Below are positions 33,056-47,300 of a DNA stretch of 64,000 bases, one piece after another. The position numbers and the translations under genes were made by a program. The DNA comes from Phoronis australis (Eukaryota; Animalia; Phoronida), in assembly GCA_002633005.1 (NCBI GenBank), contig NMRA01000187.1:367740-431739 (forward strand), written 5' to 3'. Under the pieces are notes generated by a model that made no database searches, had not been told where the DNA came from, and saw nothing but the letters and a program-made list of their open reading frames with translations. The first letter of the stretch is position 1; every line of letters begins with the position of its first letter.

Positions 33056-35396
33056 ATCCGTGTTGTTTGACCTCTGTAACACAATCGGAAACAGTTTAAA
33101 TTCACCTCATAGTAGACATGGTAGTAAATACGAACGCAGATTCGGACGCTTTTTCATGATGTCCTTACGCAACATAAGAAGAAGGGACCCCCTTAGGACA
33201 GGACCAGGGCTATGCGTATTTTGCCCCCTCAATGCTCTTTACGAGATCCTAGATCACTCAAGGACTCAGAGTACTAGAAATAAATGGAGAAACTGTCAAA
33301 TGAAGGTAATATTTGAAATATTCTTGATCATCGACACAACAACTGTAAAAACATGGATGTAACGATTTATAATATAAGTATGGTCAATTAGTTAATTAAT
33401 TCTGCTGTTCAGAACTGATATTCACGAAGTGCACGAACGTGACTTGCCATAGAAATATTGATCGCAAGCGCCCACGTATGTAATAAATCGTGTAGCAAAT
33501 TTACTGACGACGGTTACGTTAGAGAGTGAGACAGAACCCCACGGACAAAGCTTCAAGCCGTGTGCAAGTAACACGTACAATTCTAAACAAACTCATTTTA
33601 CGAATTTCAAAAAACATATCTTCAAATTTCAGAACCATAATACATAGATAGACATGCGGAACTCATCAAGCACTCTGGTATTCGATAGGCCAACAAAACT
33701 CAAGGAAAACTAGACATCGTGAGCTAAGATGTTTTAACCCAGTGAAACAGTAATAAGCTAATGAAGATCAGTGCTTCGCCACGAAATACACAAGGTTTGT
33801 TCTGACGCTTCCTTAGTCAAATGTACAAACCAAGAAAACCATATGCAATTAATTCTTAGGAGCGTGGATACGATTTCAGGCTTCAAAGCAATTTGTGTTT
33901 AATATTTTAACTCTTATCATAAATTAATCCATAACTGCAACATCCAGATATCACGTGTCTCAATAAAATGACACAAACTTACCCAAATCCAAATGGAATC
34001 CGTTGTCTTCAGTTATCCCGTGCGCTTGTGATACAGTAAAATATAAGTGAGCTACTGCGAGTCCCAACTACGTCACAGCATAATGAGACTATCGATTTTT
34101 TCGTTGTCATTAATGCTAATTAGCCAACCTACACAACTCTAGAAGTCTTGTCGTCACCAGCCGGAAATCAATATTGTGATCGCAAGAAAAGAAAAACGCA
34201 GATATGTTTTTAAGTCAAGAGATCTGCATCAAATCACTTCTTCTCCTGATAAGACATCTTTATGGACCAAGGTTTCTATTTTAATGGGCATTCTACGACA
34301 GAAACTCCGACAATAAGTGCGTTGTGTTGGAATATCCATCTTAGCACTGACAGTTTAACGTGTCACGAAACTTCTAAGGAACCGAGAATTTCCGTTGGTC
34401 CACCGGCCTTAGGTCTCTGCTGCCCTACAAAAACTCTTAAATTCAAACGGTGCGCTTCGGTGTATCGTTTCTCTCTTCTCGGACGACATCAATTAAAAGT
34501 GAGACAACATTTTTAAGAGTAATTGTTGACTAAAACAAACACAATGTTCTGCTTATCCTATATAATTTTTCAAGTTTATCAGCTACTCCGGGCTTTATTC
34601 AATTAAACATATGTCACTCAGGAAGTGACGTACGCGACCCGAATCATTTCCCGGCAGCAATGATTGCGCGTCGATTCCTTGGGGACATCTGTTTGTACGC
34701 TCGAGCAAATGGCGATATTGTGCACGGTCCCCAAATTTAAAAAAAAAAAATAAAGTTTACTACCAGTTAATGAATTGAGTTCCAGCAGTTTCAAGCTCTT
34801 TATTGGCAATTTACAATATAAGAGCGCAGTAGACAATTCTGCATAAAATCCTGAAATCGCAGCTTCAATCAAGTACGCAAAACTCAGACTTAAACACATT
34901 ATACAGAAGGTAGTTGGAAAAAGCTCTTGTCAAACTATCTGTTCTACTCAAAACGTAAAATTTTCCAGCAACATGACCGTAGCAGATCGATCAGATCTTT
35001 CCCTAATCACTACATGTATGTTTATTTGAGTAAGGTTGAAACAATTGCATCGTTCATGCTTTCAGAGCTGGTGATGTATGTAATGATCTTAATCCTCAAA
35101 TTAAAGTTTCCAACACGTTAAATTAGTCCAAGACCATGTACACTAGTGTTTTATGTTGTTTCTCCTTTACGTTCAAATTTTCCCAATTTTCATGCAAATT
35201 GTTTGGATTACTATAGGGTGTATGCATTTCTTTAAATATCTTAGTATCGGACAGGACACTGTTAGAAATAAATGCTGTATTCAATGAAAATATTTTTACA
35301 CAGTATAAAGAAGTCTTTACTACTTCTTCTACTGCTGCTGTAGCTGCTACTACTATCGCTGCCAGTACAGTTCTGAGCTAAAATATTTGGCAATTA

Positions 35397-35430
35397 TGAC
35401 GTCATCTCAACTCAGCTCCGGATGACGTCA
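35397..35430. promoter_or_regulatory. Pair of perfect CRE palindromes (TGACGTCA)
   Basis: TGACGTCA at 35397-35404 and 35423-35430, both in ATGACGTCAT context. Confidence 0.45.
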
Positions 35431-38400
35431 TCATGCAACGGACGTAGTAACCAGAGTGATGGCATCGTGCTTGTCATCAAAGTTGTAGCAAGCGAACGTG
35501 ACGGCTAAAGAAGACTAATGGAGCGGCAGGAAGGGTCAGATATTGGGCATGAGAGAGAACAAGGGTAAGTTGGAAAAAAACAGGGACAAAATAGCAAAAT
35601 AGAAATGGAACATGAAAAGCCATGGTAACCGAGTATGATTTGAGAAGTAAAACTATTAGCTTGTTTACGTAAAGGTAATCAGAGAAAACCGTGATTACAA
35701 TTGATGTAAGTATAAACGTTGGAAGAACTACAGCGGTTATTATTAAGTGTAAGAATGATAGTTGGCAAGATCAGACTAAAAACTCAGTTCTAAAATGCCG
35801 AATTTATTGGAATTCCGTAGATAGAAAAGGATTGATCGTCCATATCTATCCATCATAACAGTAAACACGACGGAGTTATTTTGCCTGCAATCAGGTAAAT
35901 CACGTGGTACACTTATTACACGGACGTTCCATGTTAAGGAACTGCTTTCTGATTTTTAATGTAACAAAATCTATTGAGATGTTAAAAAGAGGGACGGTTA
36001 TCATAATTTATAAGCAAGACCTAGTAAATATGAAGTAGCGCATCGTAGTCAGTCTCAATAGTTCTGGGTTTAATAAACTCTTACTTTCATGTGGCAGAAT
36101 TAGTGCTTATATGTACTGTATAAGCGTGTATTTAGGCCCATATGCCTATATCCGAAATATACTATGTTCTTTCAGAAAAAAGCAACTCTAAGAATTGTGT
36201 ATGTAGGGACATGTGCTTAAACTTCAATCATAAGTACAGCCGGCTGTTCCTTGGATAGGTAGAAGAACTAAAACTGGATGTTTTACGTTTTAGTTTTAAA
36301 ATTGCACTACCTTTCAGCAGGACGGCATTACATGGAATGGTCAAGTTGAAAATCAACGATTTTTGGCTCTTTTCCGAAAGTAATTTCAGAATTGAGAACA
36401 TGACAATATATTTGAGGTTGAAAATGTCTACCGGACATTCCCACACGCGCACCTAAGTATACCATTAATGTATAGATGGCGCTGAAGTCAACTATAGTCT
36501 CAAAGTGATGTCTTCCCGCCTTTTCGCTGCTTCCCTGCCTGCCGCTTGGTGGTAGCCAGCACGCAGGTATCACTTAATTTTCCCCGGGAAATTTTTTACA
36601 CCGGCGTTTCTGATTGGCTGGTCAAATTTTCAACAGGCAGCGCTTCACCCAAACAAACTGGCATGACTCATCGAGGACAGAAGTGTAAATGTGGTCTGTT
36701 GTACAGACAAATCGGTGCTTAAAATTTATGTTCAGGAAATGTGAATCCTAGAAATGGTTGCGCCTTTTCGGAGTGCATCTTTCTACTGTCGATGACTTTC
36801 GTTTACGATACTGTCCAGTATTCATTCAGTATGAACACACCGGTTAAATCGGCCAGATATGTTTTTATATATAGTACATGTACGTGCTTCAAGCACGCAG
36901 CTATTAAACATTACTGCAGAAACGAAATAGTTGCCGCTACGCCACTAGCATGACAAGGCTAAAAATCGTTCATAGTCCACCTTTTTTCACGTTGTTGTAA
37001 AGGTGACCAATGACTGCCAAGGTTACATCAACCAATGCTAAAGCGCGTGCTACTGCGTGATACCTGCGTGCTGGCTAGGCACGTGGGGAACCAGCGAGTC
37101 CTGCTTACAGTTGCATAGCACACATCAACGACAACCGCTTTATACCGCTTTAAATTTTTTGTACCTTAAATGCGCACATAAATGGTAAAATTCAAACGTA
37201 CGTAAGGAAAAGTTCTAAAAATCCATAATGAATATTTGATGACATGAAACATTAAAGAGATTTTATTAAAATAAAATGAAGTCCACTTCACTTCTTAAAT
37301 ATTCTGCGAAGGTTTTAAAAAAGAATGTAAAAACACAGAAATAGTGTCACTGCCAGACATCATTTCAATTGAACTAAAATTGCAACAAAGTCAATGACGT
37401 CACTTGAAACAGAAGATGACATCACTACTACTTTTGTGAAAAGAAAACTTGACAAAAGGACATGCTTCACAGCTGCTCCGACTGATGGTCTAGCAACCGA
37501 CTGCGTGGAAGGTTGAAGGAAGCTTTTAAGTAAGTCTTCACGCAGAGGTCAGAGAGTTATCATCCTGTTTCTTGCATGCATCTGGGACCGGATGATTCTT
37601 AAATCTGATGTCATTCAGTTTAAATTAATATTTAAAGCTGCATTTCGTCCTGTTTGGATGGCTAGAAAATGAGAATCGAATTGGACCGCTGTGCTCTCAT
37701 AAAATCGGTCGTATAATGCATCGTTAAGATCTTTTTCCCTTTACCAACAAAAGCGTCGACATCATCAGCAACTCGACAAAACGATTCGAGTAATAGCGAA
37801 TTCCAGTGTTGCCAGATTTGATTGGGAATAAAACTACTAATTAACAGGGCGAGGTGTAACTTTAAATAAGAAGACGGAACTGAAGATTTAAACTGCATAG
37901 CCGGAAACGCAGGAGAAGAAGAAGAAAATGAAGAAGTAACAAGCAGAACGATGCTCCTACAAAAGAACCGTACAATTTTTGAGAAAGACAAGTGCCATAA
38001 AACTTCACACTGACATACAAATTTGGTAGTACTCAGCTTCACGTGTAAAAGGTACGCAACAGATCAACAATGATCATGAACCAAAAAAATACACCGAAAA
38101 CACAGTGAACAAAAGTGAAAAAAATCAAAGAGGCTGATTTTGAAGACTTCACTCAAGCAAAGCAAAAGAAGAACAAAATGATAAAAAACTACGATGTCAA
38201 AAATCCGCAGTAGGAAACCACAAAAAGCTGGAGTGAAGTTTAAGAATGAACTCTCGAAATAAAACTCAAAAATACCGGCAACTTCATGAAAAAAGAGAAC
38301 ATACCACAAGGTAAGCAGATAATCTGGTTTTTGCGCGTGTACTCAAAATATGAGGTCGACAAGCAGGCAGTTGAACCATTTTCCAATAGATATATAACCA

Positions 38401-38829
38401 AGCAGTTAGCTCCAAATATCCACATCATCCCCCTAATGGTGGTGTTGCACCCGACGGTATGAAACGTTGGAGGAAGCCTTAGGTCTTCGAATGGAGGTCA
38501 GGCAGTTACATTCATTGGTGAGACATTTTCCCAAATGAAAGAAAATCAACTTAACAGGAAAACGTGTAAAAAATTAGCATAGTCTGATCAAGTCACCAGC
38601 GTATTTATTTTTAGCATTACTACGTAAAATTTTGCTGAAATTCACTGGTATTCACAGTATTATGACACTGAGAAGCATTCGCTCTTAAAAATCCATTGTT
38701 AAAACATCAATCAATTTCCAGTAGAATTACAAGTAGTTGGTGACGTAAAAAGTCTCCACAGCTGCTCCGACTGTGTGAAAAGTTGAAGGAAGCTTTTGAT
38801 CTTCACACGGAGGTCTGGCAGTTGCCTTC

Positions 38830-39360
38830 CAAGTTAGAAAATAACATTTCTAAAGCAGAAGTCCGCCCCGTTGCACAGTGTAGTGTTGTTTGTGAATTTG
38901 TATGTCCTATGAACGAATGTCTTCGTTCAAACGTCAAACAGTGTTACGTTGGTCAAACGGTTTGCAGTCTTTCCCGTCGGTTATCTATGCATCTTCAAAA
39001 TGGTGTCATCCAAGATCATTTTCTGCAATGTCACGAACGTAAAATTACCCGTCAAGAAATTGTGGAAAACACCTCAATTCGCTACGTGGAGCACGATGTG
39101 CTGCGATTGAAAGTATTTGAGTCCTTTTTAATTGCTTTTGAGAAGCATGTTTAGAATGAGCAGCAAATATGGTCGCGCCGCACGTTACACTTGTTTGGGT
39201 GACTTTCCTGTTACCCCCTTTCATTAGTCATTCTTTGCAGTATTTCACACCCGCCTTGTCCCACTGTGTGTGTCGTCAGCTTATGCTCTGTGGTGGCATT
39301 ACTGCGTCATTTTACATTCTCTTGAGAATGAAACAAGTATGTTTCGAAATATCGTGTGTC
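38830..39360 (+). mobile_element. Penelope-like retroelement 3' remnant (GIY-YIG endonuclease fragment)
   Basis: ORF 38783-39154 has VVCEFVCP..C...CYVGQTVCSLSRRLSMH...IQDHF...LKVFESFLI, the PLE-type GIY-YIG pattern. It is followed by a hammerhead-like motif at 39322-39353. Confidence 0.8.
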
Positions 39361-39593
39361 TTTTAAGTATGTCGCTAGGTCAGTTACTTTATCTATGTTC
39401 ATTTGAGAGTAGTTTTGTTCCGAAGGTTTGAACGTAACAGAATAAAGACTGTGAGCAATAAAAAGTGTCGTGCGTTTAAACAATTCTTTATAACCGAAAA
39501 CTTGCTCCCGAAGTACAGCCAAAAAGTTAGCCTGGCAACATTTTCTCTTCAATGTGTTATTTTGATGCCGTTCATGTTTTCTATGAAACGTTT

Positions 39594-39712
39594 CTAATCC
39601 TAACCCTAACCTTAACCCTAACCCTAACCTAACTCCAAGCCCAAGCCCAACTCCAAACCCAACCCCACACTCAACCCCCACCCCAACTCTAACCCCAACC
39701 CCAACCCTACCT
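39594..39712. repeat. Degenerate telomere-like hexamer array (CCCTAA/CCCCAA)n
   Basis: About 20 hexamer units, visible directly. Confidence 0.9.
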
Positions 39713-39765
39713 ATGGGTTTCCATACACTCAGTCAACAAAGTACTGGGTTGAAATTGGACACATG

Positions 39766-40878
39766 CAGCCGATTTCATAAAGCTGGTTTCAAGTTAAACC
39801 TGGTTTAAACTGGACTTAGACCAGGTTTAAAGATAACCTGCATTTCATAAAGGTGGTTTAACTTTTAGACCAGTGGTCTAGTAAAACCTGGTTTAACCCC
39901 TGTTTAGACCTGGTCTAAGTCAGTTTTCATTTCACCAACGAAGTCTATATTCTTTAAACCTGAATTAAGATCTTAAACCATGTTTAACTTTAGACTTGGT
40001 CAGTACCAGGTTTAACTTAAATACGGTGAGACTTGCATGGTATGGGTACAACTGAATGATGCTGCGGAGTGCATTTGCGAGGCAGTTTTAGAGGGACAAT
40101 GGACTATTTTCAATATTCAGTTTTATTACTGCACCAGATCAATCGTAGCAGGGGCGGATCTAGGATTTTTAAGGGAGAAGGGCAGCCAAGGACTTTTTGA
40201 AAGAGGGCACCAAGTCAAAAATTTGATATCACTAAAATCAAGGGAAAAAGGGGCTCCGGACCCCTTGACCCCCTGGATTCGCCTATGCGTAAACCAGTAC
40301 GTGCTGGAGTGTGTCCTGCGAATTCATCAGAATACGACTGGTCGAGCAGGGCGTCATGGTCGTAAGCGCTACGGATTTGAATTAAGACAGCATCTTCTGA
40401 GTTGCACGTCCACTGTTCTCCGATTTAATGTTGCCGGGAAGGGGTCTTGCCCCCCCCTTTGACCGCGAAAAATAAGCACTAAAGTGACACGGAAATAAAT
40501 TTGGGCATTTATCATGTTACATCTAATCGTAAGCATGTTCTTTAATGTGTGTGTGTTGGGCACAGAAATTAAATTTTTCCTCATGAGAAAAGCTTTTAGA
40601 CCTTTTTCGTAACTGTCTGCACTGATTCTACTAGTGTATGCCATTGTATATTCACGTGATCAAGGTTTCATTGAAGCACTTCAATAGTTTCTTTGTTGGG
40701 TTTACCCAGCTCGACACAGTGGGGTGCCTTTAATACTTTAAACCTGGTTTTACTGAACCAGCTCCCTGGTGTAGCAAAACCAGGCTTTCAGACTCTTAAA
40801 CCATGTTGGTGAAATGCAAGTCAGATCTAAAATTAGACCAGGTTTAGGAACACCAGGTTTAAGTCTTAAAATCGGCTG
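39766..40878. mobile_element. Non-autonomous PIF/Harbinger-like element with subterminal AAACCTGGTTT/AGACCAGGTTT repeats and a nested MITE
   Basis: TIR CAGCCGATTT / AAATCGGCTG, flanked by ATG on both sides (3-bp TSD candidate). Many quasi-palindromic subterminal repeats at both ends. Confidence 0.75.
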
Positions 40879-43800
40879 ATGGAGTTTTTGCCAGTCCCCA
40901 TTGACTGAGGTAGTCACGTGCTGTCGCTCTGAGCTGGTATTTTAATATCTCCATCAGTCTGAGTGGTCTGTTGTCAAGAAACGAAGTGGAGCTACCTGCT
41001 GTTATTGATGAGGAGATGTCGGTTCTTGACGTGTTTTCCGACTGCGTTCAAATGAGGAATGCTGGTGATCATTTTGTGGCCATTAGGCCTACTGGAAGCA
41101 TTGGATTGCGATATACTGTTGAAGGATGACTGTCAGCCACGTATTCTGAACTTCTCCACTTTTGAAGGATGGCAGGCGTAGGTTTCCTTTGAGCTCTCGG
41201 CGTGGTGGTGCTCACCCAGTCGTCCACAGAAAGGACACCAAGGTTGTTACTCCTCCAGCCCAGGAAGTACATGCACCAATAAACCTCAGGACACCTCGTG
41301 TTTCGGATGTTCAGTGCATCAAAAGCAACCTCAGTGATGATGACAGCAATGTCAGTAATAGAAAGTTTCCAAAGGTCCAGCGTGTGGTGTCTGTGGAAAA
41401 CGAAGTTGAAGATGACCAAGACAGATAAGCCATCAAAGTCACACAAACGGCTGCTTGAAGAGAGAACCAATGTTGGTAGCGATATTCAGTGCATCACCAG
41501 CAAACTCAGTGACGATGATAGCAATGTGCAGTTCACTACTGTCCTGGTCTGCCAGACCCATTATACCAGGAAGAGATATCTCTTCCTGATTATACTTATC
41601 ATAATGGCCCTTTGTATCTCTCTTGTACGGAAGTGTTCTCTTCACTCGGTAAATGGTGAGCACTTGACAGGGCATGTGCAGCCTTCTCATGCAGGTTCAT
41701 ACCAGCAAATAAAATTTTCATGTCTTCATTTCTGTTAGTGAAGTGGTCCAGATGGATTCGCATTGATGTTCTGTTTTGTATTTTGAATTATCCACGTTTC
41801 TACCCCAAGCTGCAGAGCACGAAAATGACGATTGGTCAGAGCAATGAGCTATATTGCTCGTTGGTCAGAGTCTGGTATTGATGTCTGACAATAAAGAAAT
41901 TGACTTCTGCAGCGCCAGCCCAAGGTTTTTGTACGAGAATGAACGTACTTACGAGTTTGTATTCCCAAATTAGTAATCTTGGTTTAGCATTTGACAAGAT
42001 ACTTCAGAATAATAGCTATAACGTACAAACAGAATTTTGCTTTCAAAACAGCAATGTTGACTCCCAGGAACTCCGACACGTGTATTTATCGAATGTCCCC
42101 TCATTTTACTCTGATGTCTGCAATTCCTTGCCTTCTATATTATAGGCAGTCTACGTGTTGTGCTAATTTTCATTTTAGTAGCATTGCTCTAAAAGAACAC
42201 AATTTCTATTTATTTTGTTTATAAGTAAAGAAAAAAAACAGATACCATCATTGCCTAGTCCGGAATTTGCTTTCCTTTTTAATTTCGTGTACTAAAGTAC
42301 ATATTTTCAATATCAAAGAATTGACAAACAACACACACGTTTATCTTTAATCGACAAAAAAGCTTTGACCGAGGTAGACCGGTCTTACGTAAGTATTCTT
42401 AGTATCAGCAATATTTATATACAAAATGCTGGCATGATTCTGGGGGTGACATGTGTTTCAGTGTTTTTACAGAAGGCTATTCGCAGAGTATCAGAATAAT
42501 CAAGCAGTTGAGAAAACTAGCAGTGTCCTTTTATATTTATTTGAACTGTCCCTTGCTGTTTAGAGAGTGGTGAAGTAAACTGTAGAATCAGGCCTGTGTT
42601 TTCATTTTAAACACTGCATTGTCGACTCGGTCGCAAGCAGGAAATGCGGACCCACGCAGTTCACTGAATACAATGTCTAATTTATATACCGTACATGCAT
42701 GTGTATCGTGTTAGGCCGCGGTACCACGGAGAGGGCAGTAGCCTCTCCCACCTTCGGCCACAAATTATGGAAAATTCCGTTAAATCAATAAAAAACTTCG
42801 CACTGCGCAACATCTAATAGAAAAAAAAACACCGCAAAACATTATAGAAGCCACACCAACAGCGACATACAGTACATAGAGACGAATTAGATCAAAGAAA
42901 GAGCTCGATGTAGATAAAATTTCCAATTCTCCGATAAAATCCCACAACATTCTCATTCAAGAGGCACAGAATGCCTCTCAGTTCTAACAACCAAGAATGT
43001 GAGAAATAAAGATCATACAATAACATTGGCCTGAAACGCAAGAATGGAAGATTGACAAGCTTGAAAACTAGTGTATTGTTCAATAGTTCAATACACGATT
43101 GTGTCATAATGGCAAAACATATTTTCCTGAAGTATCTCCAAAGCAGTGTCTCATTTAAGGATCATTATCAGGAAAGCAATATCTAAGAGCTTTGGATTGT
43201 ACGTTCGAAACTGGCCGAGTGGATGAGTAAATTTCCGAAATAGTAATGGATATGAATTAATAATAGGTGTTCGATCTAATTCAATTTTTTTACTTTTGGA
43301 CCTACAGCCAAATTCATCAAAATTGTTGGAGCAGCACTACGGAACTTTTTTCTCTACTGACGTCATAATAATGTCGTCTGCATAACTAAGGTTGCAGATG
43401 AAACTTATATTCTCAATAGCCGTGTCCTTCGAAAATGAATTGAACAAGTTGCAAGTAGGAAACAGTCAATCACACTATCTGTTACTGAGAACCATTTACT
43501 GAATGTGAAGTTAGTCTGGTCCCCATTTTTGTGCGCCCTACATCGAACCTGGTCGCAGCGTCTTCGTGTGAGTGTAATCGCCGAAAGTTCCACATTGAAA
43601 CATTGAAATGAACAGCGACTTTTGCTAACAATTTCAGGTATGCAAACGTATGAATATTCGATTATTCAGTTTGCGTATTGTTGTTCTATAATCAAGGTCA
43701 TCTCAGGTATTGCACTGTATTCATGAATGGTGCATAAATCTTCAAAATTATTCGCTGGATATGTTTGATTGTTGCGTGACGTCAGGTGCATTGTTCAACA

Positions 43801-44318
43801 ATAACAACGTGACGCGTGATCATGCGACGTCATTGTTGCTATACAGCGTACAATTTTCATGCAACTGGGCCCTGGTTTGTAAGAATAACTAGATGATTGA
43901 GTAAATATAAGGAAGGTGCGTGGGTGTACGAGAGTGTGCGTGTGCGTGTTTGTGTGTGTGCTTCTGCTTGCTGCGTAACCTGCAAAAGACTGGACAAGCT
44001 TGTTTCAGCAAGTAGACAAGTCTGCTGCACAATTCCCATGCTGCACATGAGAAAGGGGTGTCAGTATCAGGAGACTTCGAGTGATTTCATCTTTCAACTT
44101 TTTATTATGTTTATCAGGTCAATTGGTCATTTTATCGATAGCATTAGATAGATTATGGAACTTTACCGTCTTCTCAACAAACACTACATATACGATTACA
44201 TTTCCAGTCATTAGGTGGGGAAAAGGAAAATATCCAATAAATGTCAACTCAGTGACGTTCACCCATCAGTTTTCGGGTTGATATGTGATATAGTCAGATG
44301 CACTAGATATTCAATGGC

Positions 44319-47300
44319 CTATTCTGTTTTATAGGAAAATCCAGTGCCTTCGAATTCCTTGTCAACCCATTCGCCAATCGCGTTAGTGATTGCTTCTGGC
44401 AAACCTTCCTTCCAGTCACCCACGACGCCCTTCCGAAAAAACGAGCTCTTTTCTTTGTCCATGAAGACTGCGTCCAGAGGTTGGGTACTGGGGCACTTTC
44501 TCATGTTTTCTATGGAGCTCAACGCCGCAATCGACTCCACTTCCTGTGGTGTAACCTCTTTCCCGATGAAGTGGGCGATTTTAGTGATTTCTTTCACCAG
44601 GTCTCTCTTCATGTCTTCGTAGTGTACGACTATCATAGGTTGGTTGTCTTTATGTTCCCACCATGACTTGTACAATTCAGGATATGTACCACTACCGTAG
44701 GGAAGGTCGCCCTTCATCATGCACTGCGCGAATTCCTCTAAGGTGCCTCTAAACGGTTCGTACTGCTTCATTGATGTGAAGAACGAGTACATACTCTTAA
44801 GGACATCTTTAGGGTTTCGCACCAGTAATATTATCTTCACTTTGCCTTCTTGAACCGCAGGTGGGGTCAGACTCCAATGCAAATGTGTGTTAAACACTCT
44901 GGGACTAGCCTTTTTCTTCCATCTCTCCACGAGCGCGCTATTCGACTCAGCTGGTCTTCCAGTAAACACGGTATTATCCAGCTCGAGAAATTCAATGTGG
45001 TCACTCAAGAATTCCTTTTCCAATGCTTGTTTATCGCCGTCGAGAAGCAGGAGTGAAAGAATATACTTCAACCAGTGTGTCCCTGTCTTCACGTGGGTAA
45101 CTAAAAGAACATCCGATTCGCGCATTTCCAAATTTGGAATGACTTTCGATACTCTTTCATAATCGTAGGATTTATTCCTAAATTTGATCCCTTTGTAGAC
45201 GAAGCACTGGTACTGGGGAGCCTAAAAAAACGAATGAGTTAACAAGAGTTGTAAGCGCCTCTAAACACATATGGTAAAATTTATAAAGAGAGACATGGTG
45301 TCAATTTAAGAGATTTTAAAAAATATACTGCAATACCTTTCGTAATCTCGCGAAGTCTTGCTTTTTTAGCGAGGTCCTAGCATTACTGAGCTTTATCCTG
45401 CCTTCTCAAATATGCTGCACGTCTGACCGCGGTATAAGCCCCTTCACAAACACTGACGACTGGACACAAGCTCATGGTGGGAACTCTTTAATTAACAACA
45501 AGGAGTATTTGACTCCAGAGTTCTGCTGCCAACTTCACAAATGATTCATCAAAAGTAAGTTTCAAATTCGTCTGACACGAAGAATTCTCAGCTAACATGT
45601 TTTTCTCAAGAACTGGAGTGGCCCTTTTCGCAAATGTGCAGCTTTTACAGGGAAAAACATGAGAATGATTTATTTGTTCTGGTCGTGTAAATGTCTGCAG
45701 TATCTTTAACCCTCTTTGTTAATTGGACGAAATCATTTAGTCGTCAAACAGCGGACTTGAGGATCTGGGACCCGTTCCAAGAAAACTGACTTAGCTAAGA
45801 CAAATCTTAAATTTCCGTCAATTTCAAAACAAAACTTAAAATTATCTCAAATCTGTTTCAACAAAGGAATCTTAAGTTTGACTTAATTTTTTAACTTAAG
45901 TTTTGTATTAATTTTGACTATCTTAGTGGGTGGAGAACTTTCAAAGTTTTGGATTTATTGAATCAAAACTGCTCTATTGACGAGTCCTTGAGTCAATTTG
46001 CCACGCAGGAAATGATTGAACATGATAGTTCGTGTGAAAAGTGTAGTAACAATTTCCTTTCTGATCTTAATACTGATTTCTTGCCCTCTGAAATATATGA
46101 GGCCATTGAACAATTACCTACTGGCAAGGCTGGGGGTTATGATGGCGTGATCTTTGAAATGCTGAAGTGCACAAAGGTAACGATAGTGCCAGTCTTGCAT
46201 AAGTTATTCAATGCAATTTTTGATTCTGGGTATTATCCCAAGACATGGTGTGACGCAGTGCTTACTCCAGTACATAAACAAGGCAATATCAATGACGAAA
46301 ATAACTATAGAGGTATCTCCCTGTTGTCTGCTTTGGGAAAACTTTTTACCAAACTTTTAAATAATCGTCTTTATTACTGGGCTGAAAATAATGATAAACT
46401 TTGTGAGTCTCAAGCTGGGTTTAGAAAAGGCTACTCTACGATTGACCAAGTGTTTACACTTCAAGCTATGTGCCACAAGTATTTGAGTCGGCAGGGTGGG
46501 AGATTTTACTGTGCTTTTGTAGATTTCTCGAAGGCATTCGATCGAATCCCACATAATTTACTATTCTATAGATTGAAAAACATTGATGTGCATGGTAAAA
46601 TTTTCAACATAATCCGCTCTATGTATAGTAAGTTGCGCACTTGAGTGAAAACTCAAGATGGTCTTACAGAGTTCTTTGATTGTACTGTTGGTACTCGCCA
46701 GGGTTGCATGATCAGCCCATTATTATTTGTGTTGTATCTAAATGAATTTGTGGATCAAATGAGTATGAAAAGTAATATTAATAGCACATATCTCAGCGAA
46801 CAAGTGCCAAGGGTTAACTCCCTACTGTACGCAGACGATATGGTGTTATGTTCCTCTACCGCCATCAACTTACAACGTATGCTTAATTGTTTGGCAGAAT
46901 TTTGCAAATCATGGGGCATGCAAGTAAACTTTTTTTCAGATGTATGGATTAATCAGGGTGTGGTAAATCAAGCGTATTTCTTGACTGTTTTTTCTCAACG
47001 TGTCAACGACTGTTATTTGCAAGGTTGGCAATCTGATATCGAATGTAACGCAAAACTGCCTTACTATGTGGGGTACAAAACAATATATCATCTTGAGAAT
47101 TATCCAGAAATGGTTGGTATCCGGCCACGTGTTTTTATCCAGTCTCTGACTCGATTGCGATGTTCAAATCATTCGTTACTAGTGGAAAGAGGTCGCCACA
47201 CAAATATTCCCTATGAAAACAGGTTGCGTGAATTATGTAATTCTGGGTGTGGAGAGGACGAATACCACTTTGTGTTAGTTTGTAGTGCGTACCAAGACCT

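Noticed and set aside
39307-39681. GLGLGL-rich 124-aa ORF
   Set aside because: This is a translation of the telomere-like hexamer array.
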